The notes: generated by a model from the sequence alone, not told the origin. A stretch of 42,769 bases of DNA from Euryarchaeota archaeon UBA182 (GCA_002495675.1 DAGH01000018.1:28249-71017); one strand, 5' to 3'; numbered from the stretch's first letter, positions 1 to 9,268 are shown. A program made the numbers and translations.

Positions 1-420
1 CAATAGGGCAGATCGGTACTCATTCAGATCAGGCACCTGATGATTTACATTCCATGAACTCAATCCTGCTTGATCCTTTACTAGATTCACTTTATCGGGA
101 TCAATCCATGCCCCATCCTTCGGGTTGATGATCAAGTCTCCACGTTCGATGCCCGATGAGGAAAATGCGACCATCGATTCCCCTAGCGCCGCGTCAATGG
201 AGTTGACTTCGATTATTCCATAATCAGCGACATTCAAAGCAGAAAGTAGGGGCCGAATTCGTTCAGGAAAGTTGAGAGGGCGAATTAAGGAAAGTATTCT
301 GCGATCTGGTCCGGCACCCTCCTTGAAAACATAAGACTCTACATCTCTTGAGTCAGTTAGCTTGCCTAGCGATCGACATAACTCCTCACTCCCGAGAATT
401 GCAATGTTCAGAACTGGCAT
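1..420 (-). CDS. Archaeal SelB-like (aSelBL) / EF-Tu-related protein, N-terminal part (runs off window)
   Basis: Not in ORF track. Manual translation from ATG at 420 gives MPVLNIAILGSEELCRSLGKLTDSRDVESYVFKEG...RPLNFPERIRPLLSALNVADYGIIEVNSIDAALGESMVA, resembling the degenerate G-domain of aSelBL. No GxxxxGK[ST] P-loop. Confidence 0.6.
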   Translation of the reverse strand, partial: MPVLNIAILGSEELCRSLGKLTDSRDVESYVFKEGAGPDRRILSLIRPLNFPERIRPLLSALNVADYGIIEVNSIDAALGESMVAFSSSGIERGDLIINPKDGAWIDPDKVNLVKDQAGLSSWNVNHQVPDLNEYRSALL

Positions 421-456
421 AGAATTCAACTTTCCCAGATTTCACGAATTTTACGC

Positions 457-927
457 CTATTTATTACCTATTTTCATACCCTCTCTCGCCTTACTTGCAA
501 GAGAGTGTAACCGTTGCTCTTCATCACCTTCCGGATCGAATTGGGGGACTTTGGTGGGCTTCAAAGACTCATCAACAGCGACCATGAAGAAAAAGCCGGA
601 GCAAATTTCCTCTGGAGTCCAATTCTTTCGAGATAGTCTACAAGAAGTCACATGTACTCCTATGGTTCTTGGGGATGTCCAGACGACACGAGCAATTGTC
701 CTAATCACGTCCCCTTGGTATGCCGGTCTCTTAAACTTCAACGCATCTACCGAGATCGTTACGACATCCTCGCTGCAGAATTTACTGGCTGCCATACCAG
801 CTGCTGTATCCATTATCGACATCAGACGACCCCCAAATAGCGTGTCAAGTGCGTTGGTGTCCCCAGGGAATACTTCATTCAGTTGAATTACTGGAGCTCT
901 CCTCTCACGATCGTCCATGTTAATCAT
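457..927 (-). CDS. Acyl-CoA thioesterase (hotdog fold, YciA-like)
   Basis: VFPGDTNALDTLFGGRLMSIMDTAA and VVTISVDALKFKRP motifs. Confidence 0.9.
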   Translation of the reverse strand: MINMDDRERRAPVIQLNEVFPGDTNALDTLFGGRLMSIMDTAAGMAASKFCSEDVVTISVDALKFKRPAYQGDVIRTIARVVWTSPRTIGVHVTSCRLSRKNWTPEEICSGFFFMVAVDESLKPTKVPQFDPEGDEEQRLHSLASKAREGMKIGNK

Positions 928-1022
928 CCAATAGTCTCAGCCACTTCAATCCACCCCGCACATCAGCCAATTGTAGACGTTTTAACCGCTTGATTGATGT
1001 CTTCGAGTCGAACCAGAAGGCT

Positions 1023-1793
1023 GTGAGCGCATCGACCCTAGTCTGGACGGCGATCGAAATTTATGACCCAGATGGAGGAAAGTACATACTATGGCCACAC
1101 CTACCATGCATAGAGTCGCCCGTAGAACTCAGACCTGATCCAAACCCTGGAAATCTGGCTCTTCTTGCATCCTCTGAGGATTTATGGCGATGGAAAGAGG
1201 AAGAAACTGAAAATGAGGCCAATCCTGGGGCCCACGTTGCTGCTGCATCCGCATCTGGAACAACCCTTGGGAGGTATCTTTCTGACCTATTGGGGTTAGG
1301 ATTGCATGATGTTCGAATACCAGATCCTGAGCCCATGCGCCTATTGAACGATTATGACGCCACCAAAATTTTCCACCTTGAACCATCAAGCGACGATCCT
1401 AGTTGGGCAGATTTGATGGTAAGACACGCTGAGCAAGCTTCGAAAGCTTCGAATTTCTTAGCCTTGATATCTACGGGCAGAAGATGGAGGAAGTTGCGGA
1501 CATCATCGATATCAAGACTCGATCATCATGATGCCGTCGATCCCGAAATTGGTGCCGCTGCCGCCTCAGCCGCCGCTTGGTGGGCTGAGGAACAACGTTC
1601 ATGGACAAAAGAACTCACAGAAGAAAGAGACCTCAGGATAGCATCCAGACTGCGCGGTGCAATGAGGTCTGCGAGAAAAGGAGGGTCCAATTGTGAGATT
1701 CTGGTACCTATTCACCAAGCTAGACTTAACGAAATCGCGGAGGCACTATCTACGTGGCCCGAGTGTGAGGACTGCAAGGAGGGGGGTGCTTGA
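1023..1793 (+). CDS. Hypothetical protein, possibly a degenerate TraB/GumN-like fold
   Basis: Long ORF; start uncertain (TTG 990 or GTG 1023). C-terminal ERDLRIASRL...ILVPIHQARL weakly recalls the TraB ERDxxMA...VVG.GH segment. Confidence 0.6.
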   Translation: MSASTLVWTAIEIYDPDGGKYILWPHLPCIESPVELRPDPNPGNLALLASSEDLWRWKEEETENEANPGAHVAAASASGTTLGRYLSDLLGLGLHDVRIPDPEPMRLLNDYDATKIFHLEPSSDDPSWADLMVRHAEQASKASNFLALISTGRRWRKLRTSSISRLDHHDAVDPEIGAAAASAAAWWAEEQRSWTKELTEERDLRIASRLRGAMRSARKGGSNCEILVPIHQARLNEIAEALSTWPECEDCKEGGA

Positions 1794-2323
1794 CTGATGT
1801 TGTGGACAGACTTGAGGTCGAGATAGAAGATCAGAACTTCAGATTCCATCCCAAGGAATTTCCAACTCAGGAGGCTGCCATGACCCTGCCTGGAGCAAAA
1901 AGAATAGGAAACAATGTCATCATCGAGCGCTCCAAGCCGGCCGCTACCCTCGTTTTCGAGCAAACAGGAAGCATACTTGTGCATGGCCTAGCGAGACCGG
2001 AGGTCGCAAAGCTGGCCGTTCGCGAATCCCTACTACAACTGGGTTTACCTGAGGAGGGACTATCCATGGAGTCTGGTTCAGTTCTTGCAAGATTTACAAG
2101 TGGACGGGCCGTTATTTCCAGTGTCGCTACCACTAGACTCTCAGAGGCCTCAATCAACAAAGATATCGGGGCTGTGGAGATAGCCGCCACGAGGTTTGGG
2201 GGCGTGATACTGATCCTCCCGAGCGGGAAGGGACTCGCTGTAGGCATGAGGTCCAGAAGAATTGCAGAGCTGGCAATTGAGACTTACCTGGAGATCCTAG
2301 AGCAAGAGGGAGCACTTGCGTGA
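1790..2323 (+). CDS. Divergent TATA-binding-protein (TBP) fold protein
   Basis: 177 aa with two pseudo-repeats (KPAATLVFEQTGSILVHG...VAKLAV and GGVILILPSGKGLAVGMRSRRIAELAI) matching the TBP pattern PK.xxLIFxSGKxVxTGAKS. Confidence 0.65.
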   Translation: MTDVVDRLEVEIEDQNFRFHPKEFPTQEAAMTLPGAKRIGNNVIIERSKPAATLVFEQTGSILVHGLARPEVAKLAVRESLLQLGLPEEGLSMESGSVLARFTSGRAVISSVATTRLSEASINKDIGAVEIAATRFGGVILILPSGKGLAVGMRSRRIAELAIETYLEILEQEGALA

Positions 2324-3219
2324 GAATCATGATGAATGGATGGAATTGGACCGGCCCCATTCTAGATCATCACATGCACTTGGACAACACTGGCATGGGT
2401 GTTGAGGCTGCAAGGACATTCAAATCTGCGGGCGGAACATCGCTCATTCTTGTCCACAAGCCGAATTTCAATTCACTGCCGAAAAACAAGGATGACTACC
2501 GGGCAGCATATTCGAAAACACTTGACATGGCTGAGACTGTGAGAAAAAACACTGGAATTAACGTCGGGGTCATTTTGGGTCCACATCCCGTTTCATGGGA
2601 ACGTCAAATTGATGAAATCGGTTTAGATAGATCCACTGAGTTACATCTAGAGGCAGTCTCATCAGCACTTGAATTTACTCAGGAGAGACAGGCCATTGGG
2701 ATCGGAGAGGTCGGAAGGCCACATTACCCAATATCCGAGGAGAGGTGGAACCATGCCAATGAGCTGTTAATTGAAGTTCTAAAAATGGCCAAAGAGGACG
2801 ACTCAGCGGTCCAATTACACGTTGAAGAAAACTCTTCGGAAACCTACAGGACGATAGATGAGATTAGAAGACAAGCAGGACTAGGTAGAGACAAAACCAT
2901 CAGGCATTATGCGAAGGCAAACCTCTCTGATAAATTCAGACATGGAATGTCTTGCACTGTGAATGTGGGAAAAGGGTCTATTTGCAATATCCTGGATACA
3001 TGGCAGAACGGCAATGCACCATGGGGCATGGAAACTGATTACCTCGATGACCCAAAACGGCCAGGAGCGGTATTAGGACCCAAAACAATTCCAAAAAGAA
3101 CCATCGAACTCTGCGATGAGTGGAGGAAGCGAGGAAAGAGGGAAGCCGATTTAGACGAACTCCTCCACAAAGTCAATCTCGATTGGGTTGAGAGAACCTA
3201 TGATTGGGTCCCATTTTGA
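2320..3219 (+). CDS. TatD-family metal-dependent hydrolase/DNase
   Basis: DHHMHLD, GPHP, GIGEVGRPHY, QLHVE and METDYLDDPKRPGAVLGP motifs of archaeal TatD-related proteins. Confidence 0.9.
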   Translation: MRIMMNGWNWTGPILDHHMHLDNTGMGVEAARTFKSAGGTSLILVHKPNFNSLPKNKDDYRAAYSKTLDMAETVRKNTGINVGVILGPHPVSWERQIDEIGLDRSTELHLEAVSSALEFTQERQAIGIGEVGRPHYPISEERWNHANELLIEVLKMAKEDDSAVQLHVEENSSETYRTIDEIRRQAGLGRDKTIRHYAKANLSDKFRHGMSCTVNVGKGSICNILDTWQNGNAPWGMETDYLDDPKRPGAVLGPKTIPKRTIELCDEWRKRGKREADLDELLHKVNLDWVERTYDWVPF

Positions 3220-3419
3220 AACAATCTCAGTAGACTGATCCTCGGCATGAAGGCAAGTATTCCACCGATGATGAAAAAGATGAGAAAAGACAGCCCGACG
3301 AACCAATCAGGACTATTGATGGTTATGTCCATGGCCTCCACAGCCAACAGAAAAAGAGGTGCGTTCACAGGTAAGAAAACAACCAACATTGCGATGCCGA
3401 TCCTACGCCTCCAATACAT
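3198..3419 (-). CDS. Small two-TM membrane protein
   Basis: MYWRRRIGIAMLVVFLPVNAPLF...WFVGLSFLIFFIIGGILAFMP; two hydrophobic segments; start taken at ATG 3419. Confidence 0.6.
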   Translation of the reverse strand: MYWRRRIGIAMLVVFLPVNAPLFLLAVEAMDITINSPDWFVGLSFLIFFIIGGILAFMPRISLLRLFQNGTQS

Positions 3420-3513
3420 GTGTCCCGTACTGCCGAGAACCAACAGGTGCATAACGAAGACGGGTATATGTGACCGAATCGATTTAGTGTCCAAGTAGTG
3501 TCCCACTGGCATA

Positions 3514-3590
3514 GCGCCTGTAGTGAAGTCTGGTTATCACCTGAGGTTTCCAACCTCATATCCTGGGTTCGAATCCCGGCGGGCGCACCA
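3514..3590 (+). tRNA. tRNA-Gly (anticodon TCC), CCA end encoded, no intron
   Basis: Acceptor stem GCGCCTG/CGGGCGC, anticodon arm TGAGG-TT TCC AA-CCTCA, T-arm CTGGG-TTCGAAT-CCCGG, 3' ACCA. Confidence 0.95.
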
Positions 3591-3638
3591 ATAGGATCAG
3601 TACTGAAGACTACATACTCCGAGTGTCCCGCTAGGGGT

Positions 3639-5510
3639 ATGTCCACAAATGGTCAGGGTAAAGGAGACTCATCCGGGGACCCTAGAAAAGGGATCAGTAG
3701 GGACAGCTCAGACCTTGAAGACGAAAGTCAAGTAGTGGGAAAAAAGATATGGCGAATTTTCCCCTATGTGTTGAGGTACAAGAAACTCGCCTTCGGTGGG
3801 GTAGTTGCTAATGCTGGAGCCAGAGCATCAGATCTGCTCCCGTTCCTGACCATAGGATGGGCGGCCGATTTCTACGCAACTCAAACCTTCAATCCAGCCT
3901 GGTTAGAAAGTTACATCGGAAACTCACCATACTTTGGTTTTGGAGTGATCATCTTCCTCTGCTTCCTCCTACTCGCCATTTTCCAAGGCACCAGCAACTA
4001 CCTTTGGCAGGCCACATCTTACAACGCGCAGCATGACATCAGGATGGACGCAGCCAGATCCCTCATAGACATGGAAGCCTCCTATTTCGAAGACAGACAG
4101 ACTGGCAATCTGATGTCAGTCCTCTCCGCTGATATTTCCCTATTAGAAGACGTGATTTCAGATTCAAGCACAAGCATCGTCAGAATACTCATAACCTTCA
4201 CCATGGCTGCTATAATTCTCTCACTAATGTCTGTGAAATTAACGCTAATGCTTTTCAGTCCTCTAATTCTTATCATCCCGATGGTGGTGTGGTTCGCCAC
4301 CAGAGTTCAGAGAAGATACAGAAAACAACGTGAAAGTACCGGTAGCATCGTATCAATCCTGGAAAATGTCCTCGGAGGCATAACAGTCATGCAAGCATAC
4401 AATGCACAAGATTTCGAAAAACTCCGGGTGGACAGTGAGTCTGAGAGATACAGGGACCAGGCTATATCTGCATCTCTGATCAGGAATCGCTTCATACCTG
4501 GGATCTACATCGTCGCCGGATTAGCTTTCGGGCTGATTGTAACTGCTGGTGGGTGGGTTCTGGAATCAGGTGAAATCTCAATCGGCGAATACGTGACATT
4601 CCTGTTGATAAGCACTCGAATGACGTTCCCCCTGTTTATCCTCGGAGCCCTCCTGAACCAGATACAAAGAGGTGAAGCCGCAGCGAAGAGAGTGTTCGCA
4701 ATCGTGGACCTCGAACCTTCGATTGTCGACAATGAGGATGCCATGCCTCTTGAGTCAGACATCGAGTCACTTGCCTTCGAAGATGTGACTTTCCAATACC
4801 CCTCGTCTGAGGGCAACGTTCTCAATGGTATCTCGTTCAAGGTCACACCTGGGGAATTCGTGGGGATAATGGGCCATACAGGAGCAGGAAAGAGCACGAT
4901 CCTGAAATTAATCGAACGTTTCTATGAGCCTCAATCGGGAAGGATCCTGATCAACGGGATAGACATCAACAAGCTCAAGATCGATTCCATCAGGGGACGC
5001 ATAGGGTTCGTATCCCAGGACCCATTCTTGTTTTTCGGAACAATAAGGGACAATATCGCGTATGCGAGGGACGCTACTGAAGAGGAGATAGACGCCGCTC
5101 TAATCGAAGCGGGAGCTAAGGAATTCGTAATGAATCTACCAGAGGGGATAGACACCGAAGTAGGAGACAGGGGAGTAAAACTATCAGGAGGGCAGAAGGC
5201 GAGGATAAGCCTGGCTCGAGCCCTACTAACGAAACCGAATCTACTGGTCCTGGATGAAGCAAGTGCAGCTCTGGACGCAGAGACTGAACAGAGGATACAA
5301 TCCTCGTTATTCTCCTCAGTTGACTCAAAAAGAATGACTGTAGCAGTGGCCCACAGGCTCGCAACCATCAGGAACGCAGATGAGATACTCGCAATGGTAG
5401 ACGGAGTTATAGTAGAGAGGGGCTTGCATGAAGAACTGGTAGCCGCTGACAACGTCTACGCTTCGCAATGGAAAATTCAGACCGGCGAATTGGACTCTGA
5501 GGCAGCATAG
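3639..5510 (+). CDS. ABC exporter, fused permease/ATPase (MsbA/MdlB-like)
   Basis: N-terminal TM domain, Walker A GHTGAGKS, signature LSGGQ, Walker B LVLDEA. Start moved to ATG 3639 because the track ORF overlaps the tRNA. Confidence 0.93.
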   Translation: MSTNGQGKGDSSGDPRKGISRDSSDLEDESQVVGKKIWRIFPYVLRYKKLAFGGVVANAGARASDLLPFLTIGWAADFYATQTFNPAWLESYIGNSPYFGFGVIIFLCFLLLAIFQGTSNYLWQATSYNAQHDIRMDAARSLIDMEASYFEDRQTGNLMSVLSADISLLEDVISDSSTSIVRILITFTMAAIILSLMSVKLTLMLFSPLILIIPMVVWFATRVQRRYRKQRESTGSIVSILENVLGGITVMQAYNAQDFEKLRVDSESERYRDQAISASLIRNRFIPGIYIVAGLAFGLIVTAGGWVLESGEISIGEYVTFLLISTRMTFPLFILGALLNQIQRGEAAAKRVFAIVDLEPSIVDNEDAMPLESDIESLAFEDVTFQYPSSEGNVLNGISFKVTPGEFVGIMGHTGAGKSTILKLIERFYEPQSGRILINGIDINKLKIDSIRGRIGFVSQDPFLFFGTIRDNIAYARDATEEEIDAALIEAGAKEFVMNLPEGIDTEVGDRGVKLSGGQKARISLARALLTKPNLLVLDEASAALDAETEQRIQSSLFSSVDSKRMTVAVAHRLATIRNADEILAMVDGVIVERGLHEELVAADNVYASQWKIQTGELDSEAA

Positions 5511-5512
5511 AC

Positions 5513-6211
5513 ATGACACAGATAGAGTGGGTAAGTATACCACCGGGGGCCGTGGAGGTGGGTTCCAACAACCGATCTGTGTTATTCGGCAATCTTGGAC
5601 CACGACATATATTCACTATCAGCAGCCCATTTGAAATTAGCAAATACCCAGTCGAGTCAGACCTAGCCCTGAAGGTTCTAGCACAGGATGAAGCACATGT
5701 TGCCTCGGAATCAGAATGGGAACGAGCAATGTCAGTTGGAGCAATCACTGGGGAAATTGGTACAACAGAGGTGCTTGCCGACTCTGCGACAAATTACTGG
5801 GGAAAACATTGTGATGGAAGGCCATTCATCCAGGAAAATCCGATAAGGACAAGAAGAGTAAGATTGTGGAAGAAAGGCCGAACCAAGAGATCGACGAGGC
5901 CCATCGAATCAATCGAAGATTTTCCAAGGAGACTCGTCAAGAGAACTTCGAATTACGATGATGTCACACTTTCTCTTCCGGCTAGGGCAGACAATCGGAG
6001 GATTGTGTTTGAAGAAATTGTAATCTGCGCTTTGATTGGGATAATACCCTCCTTCGTCTGGGCTTATTTTAATGCCTCACCGGGGTATATCGCGGAGGGC
6101 TGGCTCAATCTCATCCTCGGGGGCGTTTTCATGGGGCTGAGCACTGCGATATTTTGGCGCCCTCGTACACCAACCTATCTAGAGAATGACGGGATATGGA
6201 AACTGGAGTGA
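5513..6211 (+). CDS. Membrane-anchored protein with partial FGE-sulfatase (CLec)-like N-terminus
   Basis: WVSIPPGAVEVGS...PRH...FEISKYPV...SESEWERA resembles the FGE-family N-terminus; two C-terminal TM helices. Confidence 0.6.
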   Translation: MTQIEWVSIPPGAVEVGSNNRSVLFGNLGPRHIFTISSPFEISKYPVESDLALKVLAQDEAHVASESEWERAMSVGAITGEIGTTEVLADSATNYWGKHCDGRPFIQENPIRTRRVRLWKKGRTKRSTRPIESIEDFPRRLVKRTSNYDDVTLSLPARADNRRIVFEEIVICALIGIIPSFVWAYFNASPGYIAEGWLNLILGGVFMGLSTAIFWRPRTPTYLENDGIWKLE

Positions 6212-6215
6212 ATTG

Positions 6216-6968
6216 CTAATCGTTAGTGACCCGAGGCGCTAGCAGGAAGGTCCACTTCGCGCCACCCCCATTGCTAACCCAGTCGACTTTCAGCGGATAA
6301 GAAGCCTTGAATTGGATTTCCAAGGTTTCGGTCGCACCGGGATTTATTTTTCTCGCAAGTTCGTTGGGGAACCTGATTGAATAAGTTGAGGTTGATGGTT
6401 GCTTAACAGACAGCTCACCGAGTTCGCCGGCTTCAAATTTGGTCTCGACGGACTCTCCTGTTGGTTCACCCGATCGAACAGCAAAGTGACTGGCATCTAC
6501 GGACAAGTCCACCAAATCGCCCCCCAGTTTGGCCGCCTTGAAAGATCTGGCGAATTTTTCTGTGGAGATGACTACCTTCATACCCTCAAAGTCCAAGCTT
6601 GGCAACTTGACCTCCTCGATCATTGACACATCTAGCCCCCTTATCGTACGTCGAACCTCACTGACATGAACAACCATGGAACTTGTGGCTTGATCGTAAT
6701 CAAGTTCGATCAGGTCATTAGGACCAGCAAGTGCGAGAACCTCTCCCAGTTTCCTGAGATCAATCCCTATTTCCATCGGTTCCACTTCGTACGTCTCGAA
6801 ACATTCGTCTGCTACCATCATCTCTAACATTGCAACGTGACTAACATCAACTGATGAGCAAGCGAGCCCCTTTTCACCCCAACGAAATTTTGCCTCTTCA
6901 TTGTCCAATATGGAGAGTAGGTCCACGATTTCCCTCATTACTTGTTGCTTTGCAGTCACCCTCAGCAT
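6216..6968 (-). CDS. pcn: DNA polymerase sliding clamp PCNA
   Basis: VDVSHVAM, FETYEVE...IGIDL, YPLKVD and FLLAPRV motifs; 250 aa from ATG 6968. Confidence 0.92.
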   Translation of the reverse strand: MLRVTAKQQVMREIVDLLSILDNEEAKFRWGEKGLACSSVDVSHVAMLEMMVADECFETYEVEPMEIGIDLRKLGEVLALAGPNDLIELDYDQATSSMVVHVSEVRRTIRGLDVSMIEEVKLPSLDFEGMKVVISTEKFARSFKAAKLGGDLVDLSVDASHFAVRSGEPTGESVETKFEAGELGELSVKQPSTSTYSIRFPNELARKINPGATETLEIQFKASYPLKVDWVSNGGGAKWTFLLAPRVTND

Positions 6969-7019
6969 GGTACCACTCTCATTAGAATTCAACCCCGGAG
7001 GTTATTCATCATTCGGTGA
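6956..7019 (-). ncRNA. Box C/D 2'-O-methylation guide sRNA (candidate)
   Basis: Minus strand reads TCACC-ga-ATGATGA(C)-13 nt-TTGA(D')-att-CTAATGA(C')-13 nt-CTGA(D)-g-GGTGA; equal guide lengths and a terminal TCACC/GGTGA stem. Confidence 0.75.
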
Positions 7020-7030
7020 GATTAGGCCAA

Positions 7031-7408
7031 CTATTGGTATTCTCTAAAGCGATGGCCACAGGCTTCACAGGTGCATATTTTAGTTTCAGGCTCATCGCTT
7101 GACCTCGTTTGTTGCAATTCAACGAAAATCCTGTCCCCGTCGCACTTGGGACACCTGTAATCCCCTACTCTAAGGGTGCCCCTTGCTACATCTGGGGCCT
7201 GTACCTCGGTGAGATGCTTCAGGTCGGTAGACTTCGTCGAGGACTTAGTGTTGACAATATCGATCTTTTGGCCATCTGATCCAATGACAGTTGCGCTGGA
7301 ACCGTCTTTCCCTCCTACTGGGCCCTCATATCCACACTTGTAATTTGTACATCTGATATTCCCGCTTGGATCTACGAAGCCCAATGTACCACATTCCGGG
7401 CAGAACAT
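7031..7408 (-). CDS. tfs: Transcription factor S (TFS, RpoM/TFIIS family)
   Basis: N-terminal FCPECG...CTNYKC Zn ribbon; C-terminal CPKC...QTRSSDEPET...CEACGHRFRE with the intact acidic DE tip. Confidence 0.92.
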   Translation of the reverse strand: MFCPECGTLGFVDPSGNIRCTNYKCGYEGPVGGKDGSSATVIGSDGQKIDIVNTKSSTKSTDLKHLTEVQAPDVARGTLRVGDYRCPKCDGDRIFVELQQTRSSDEPETKICTCEACGHRFREYQ

Positions 7409-7551
7409 CATGTCACCTTGACGTCCCCTCTCATTCACATGGGGTTTTCAATCCTCCCATCCTAACTTAAATCGTAATGTGTGTTTTTTCACGTTGTCTC
7501 CATGATGGATTTAGCCATACCGTTCAAGTCAAGCCACATACTGGCTCAAAC

Positions 7552-8556
7552 ATGCGAGTCATCTATGACTGGAGGTTGTCCAAGGTTATCGACGCCGATT
7601 TGAACGTTGTCGACGAGCTCCTGTGGACATCATCAAGGTCAAGCAAGTCGGTCGCCAGCAGAATGGAAGATTTACAGAAAGGTCGCCTGAGTCCAGAGGC
7701 CAGAATCCTGTGTTCAAGGTTCCCCGATGCCATTCCTGATGCAGTCGGTCATCTTACCCATGCTGATTGGCCTGATTTGACCGTGGAGGAACAACAACTC
7801 CTAGAATCAGCGGCTCATATACTGGCAAAGAGGGGCGTAGCGGAGGCTTCGGGAAGTATCGATCGAAGATTGGATATGTTAGTCTCTTCACAGTCTGAAT
7901 TACGATCAGCGTGGACCACCCTAGAGGCTAGGTGCATCGAATGGGTGGGACTGCTCCTCCCCTCCCTAGATTTAGACAAGGATAGAGAGAGAATCCCACA
8001 GGCCGTCTCAGATTCAACGGATCTGAGGGACGCTTCAGGCCGGTTGGACACAAGTCCCCCTCCTCATCCACCCTCAGAAGTCGAATGGAAGGCCATTCAA
8101 GACATCGGACAGAGATGTCTGGATGTAGCGAACAGCCTGACTTCCAGCGAGGAAGCGATCCGCACCATAGCCAGTGAATATCTACCGAGCCTTTCTAAGC
8201 TTGTAGGCCCGCTGGGGGCTGCAAAATTATGCGTCCTCGCAGGGGGAAGAGAGAGGCTTGCGAGAATGCCATCAGGGTCCATACAGGTTCTTGGGGCACA
8301 TGCAGCCATGGCCGCCCACCGTCGGGGGGCGCCCCCTCCGAAACACGGGTCTGTTATCTTCTCGATGCCACAAGTCAGCAGGTCTCCTCGATGGGTGAGG
8401 GGGAAAATAGCGAGATTTTTGGCAGGAAAGGCAAGTATAGCATCTAGATTGGATCATTTTGACGGAGAACCATGGACAGAAACAGAAATTGCGGAGATAC
8501 ACCAGTTATCAGAGGGAATAAAACAGAAATTCCCATCCCCCCCCAAGAGGATATAG
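7552..8556 (+). CDS. nop5: Nop5 (Nop56/58) box C/D RNP subunit
   Basis: PSLSKLVGPLGAAKL...LARMPSGSIQVLGA...PPKHGSVIF...RGKIAR NOP domain; next to fibrillarin. Confidence 0.9.
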   Translation: MRVIYDWRLSKVIDADLNVVDELLWTSSRSSKSVASRMEDLQKGRLSPEARILCSRFPDAIPDAVGHLTHADWPDLTVEEQQLLESAAHILAKRGVAEASGSIDRRLDMLVSSQSELRSAWTTLEARCIEWVGLLLPSLDLDKDRERIPQAVSDSTDLRDASGRLDTSPPPHPPSEVEWKAIQDIGQRCLDVANSLTSSEEAIRTIASEYLPSLSKLVGPLGAAKLCVLAGGRERLARMPSGSIQVLGAHAAMAAHRRGAPPPKHGSVIFSMPQVSRSPRWVRGKIARFLAGKASIASRLDHFDGEPWTETEIAEIHQLSEGIKQKFPSPPKRI

Positions 8557-8557
8557 G

Positions 8558-9268
8558 GTGACAGAGATGCCCCGTCATGTCTCACTCGGCTGGGGAGTGA
8601 GAAAAGAGAAAGGTGGTTTGTGGACCAGAAATGCCGTTCGGGGGAAATCAGTAAGAGGTGAGCGTAGGAAGAGAGACGGCAGAATTGAGTGGAGGAAATG
8701 GGATAGTCGTCGATCGAAAGTTGCGGCCATGCTCATGAGGTCCAAGGTGGATCCCTCGACTCTAATTCCAAATCCAGGGTCCTTGTGCGTGTATTTGGGC
8801 GCCTCTAGTGGATCTACTGTTAGTCACTTACATGACCACGTATGTGGTGCAGGCAATCATCATGGAGGCAAAATTCTTGCAGTGGATATCTCTTCAAGAA
8901 TGATGCGAGATTTATTGACTCTGTGCAGTGCGAGGCCGGGCATCGTTCCGATACTTGGAGACGCCAGATACCCACTAAATCTTGCACCTTATCTCCCCAG
9001 GATGGCGGATTGGTTATTTCAGGATCTTAGCATGCCAGATCAAGCGAAGTCTTTCATCAAGTCGACATCTCACCTATTAGGAGAGGGGGGCCTTGGTATC
9101 ATCTCGATTAAAGCCGCCAGTGAGAGGTGGTCAACCGGGGGAGACGAGCAACATTTTGATGAGTCCGAAACCATCATCAAGTCAGCAGGCCATCTAAAAA
9201 TAATCGAGAGGATCGATCTGAGAGGATTAGAAGAACAACACATCGTAATTGTCGCTCAAAAAGTATGA
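8558..9268 (+). CDS. flpA: Fibrillarin-like rRNA/tRNA 2'-O-methyltransferase
   Basis: WRKWDSRRSKVAA, VYLGASSGSTVSHLHD, PILGDARYP and FQDLSMPDQA motifs. Confidence 0.93.
   Translation: MTEMPRHVSLGWGVRKEKGGLWTRNAVRGKSVRGERRKRDGRIEWRKWDSRRSKVAAMLMRSKVDPSTLIPNPGSLCVYLGASSGSTVSHLHDHVCGAGNHHGGKILAVDISSRMMRDLLTLCSARPGIVPILGDARYPLNLAPYLPRMADWLFQDLSMPDQAKSFIKSTSHLLGEGGLGIISIKAASERWSTGGDEQHFDESETIIKSAGHLKIIERIDLRGLEEQHIVIVAQKV

Noticed and set aside
362-886. 174-aa plus-strand ORF
   Set aside because: Antisense shadow of the thioesterase and aSelBL-like genes.
3514-3590. tRNA as an integration site
   Set aside because: No duplicated tRNA 3' end or integrase noticed in the window.
3365-3646. 93-aa minus ORF and the N-terminal extension of the ABC ORF (3498-3638)
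   Set aside because: Both overlap the tRNA-Gly gene and are artefacts.
5513-6211. Possible diversity-generating retroelement target (FGE/CLec fold)
   Set aside because: No reverse transcriptase or template/variable repeat pair seen, and the C-terminal variable part of the fold is absent.
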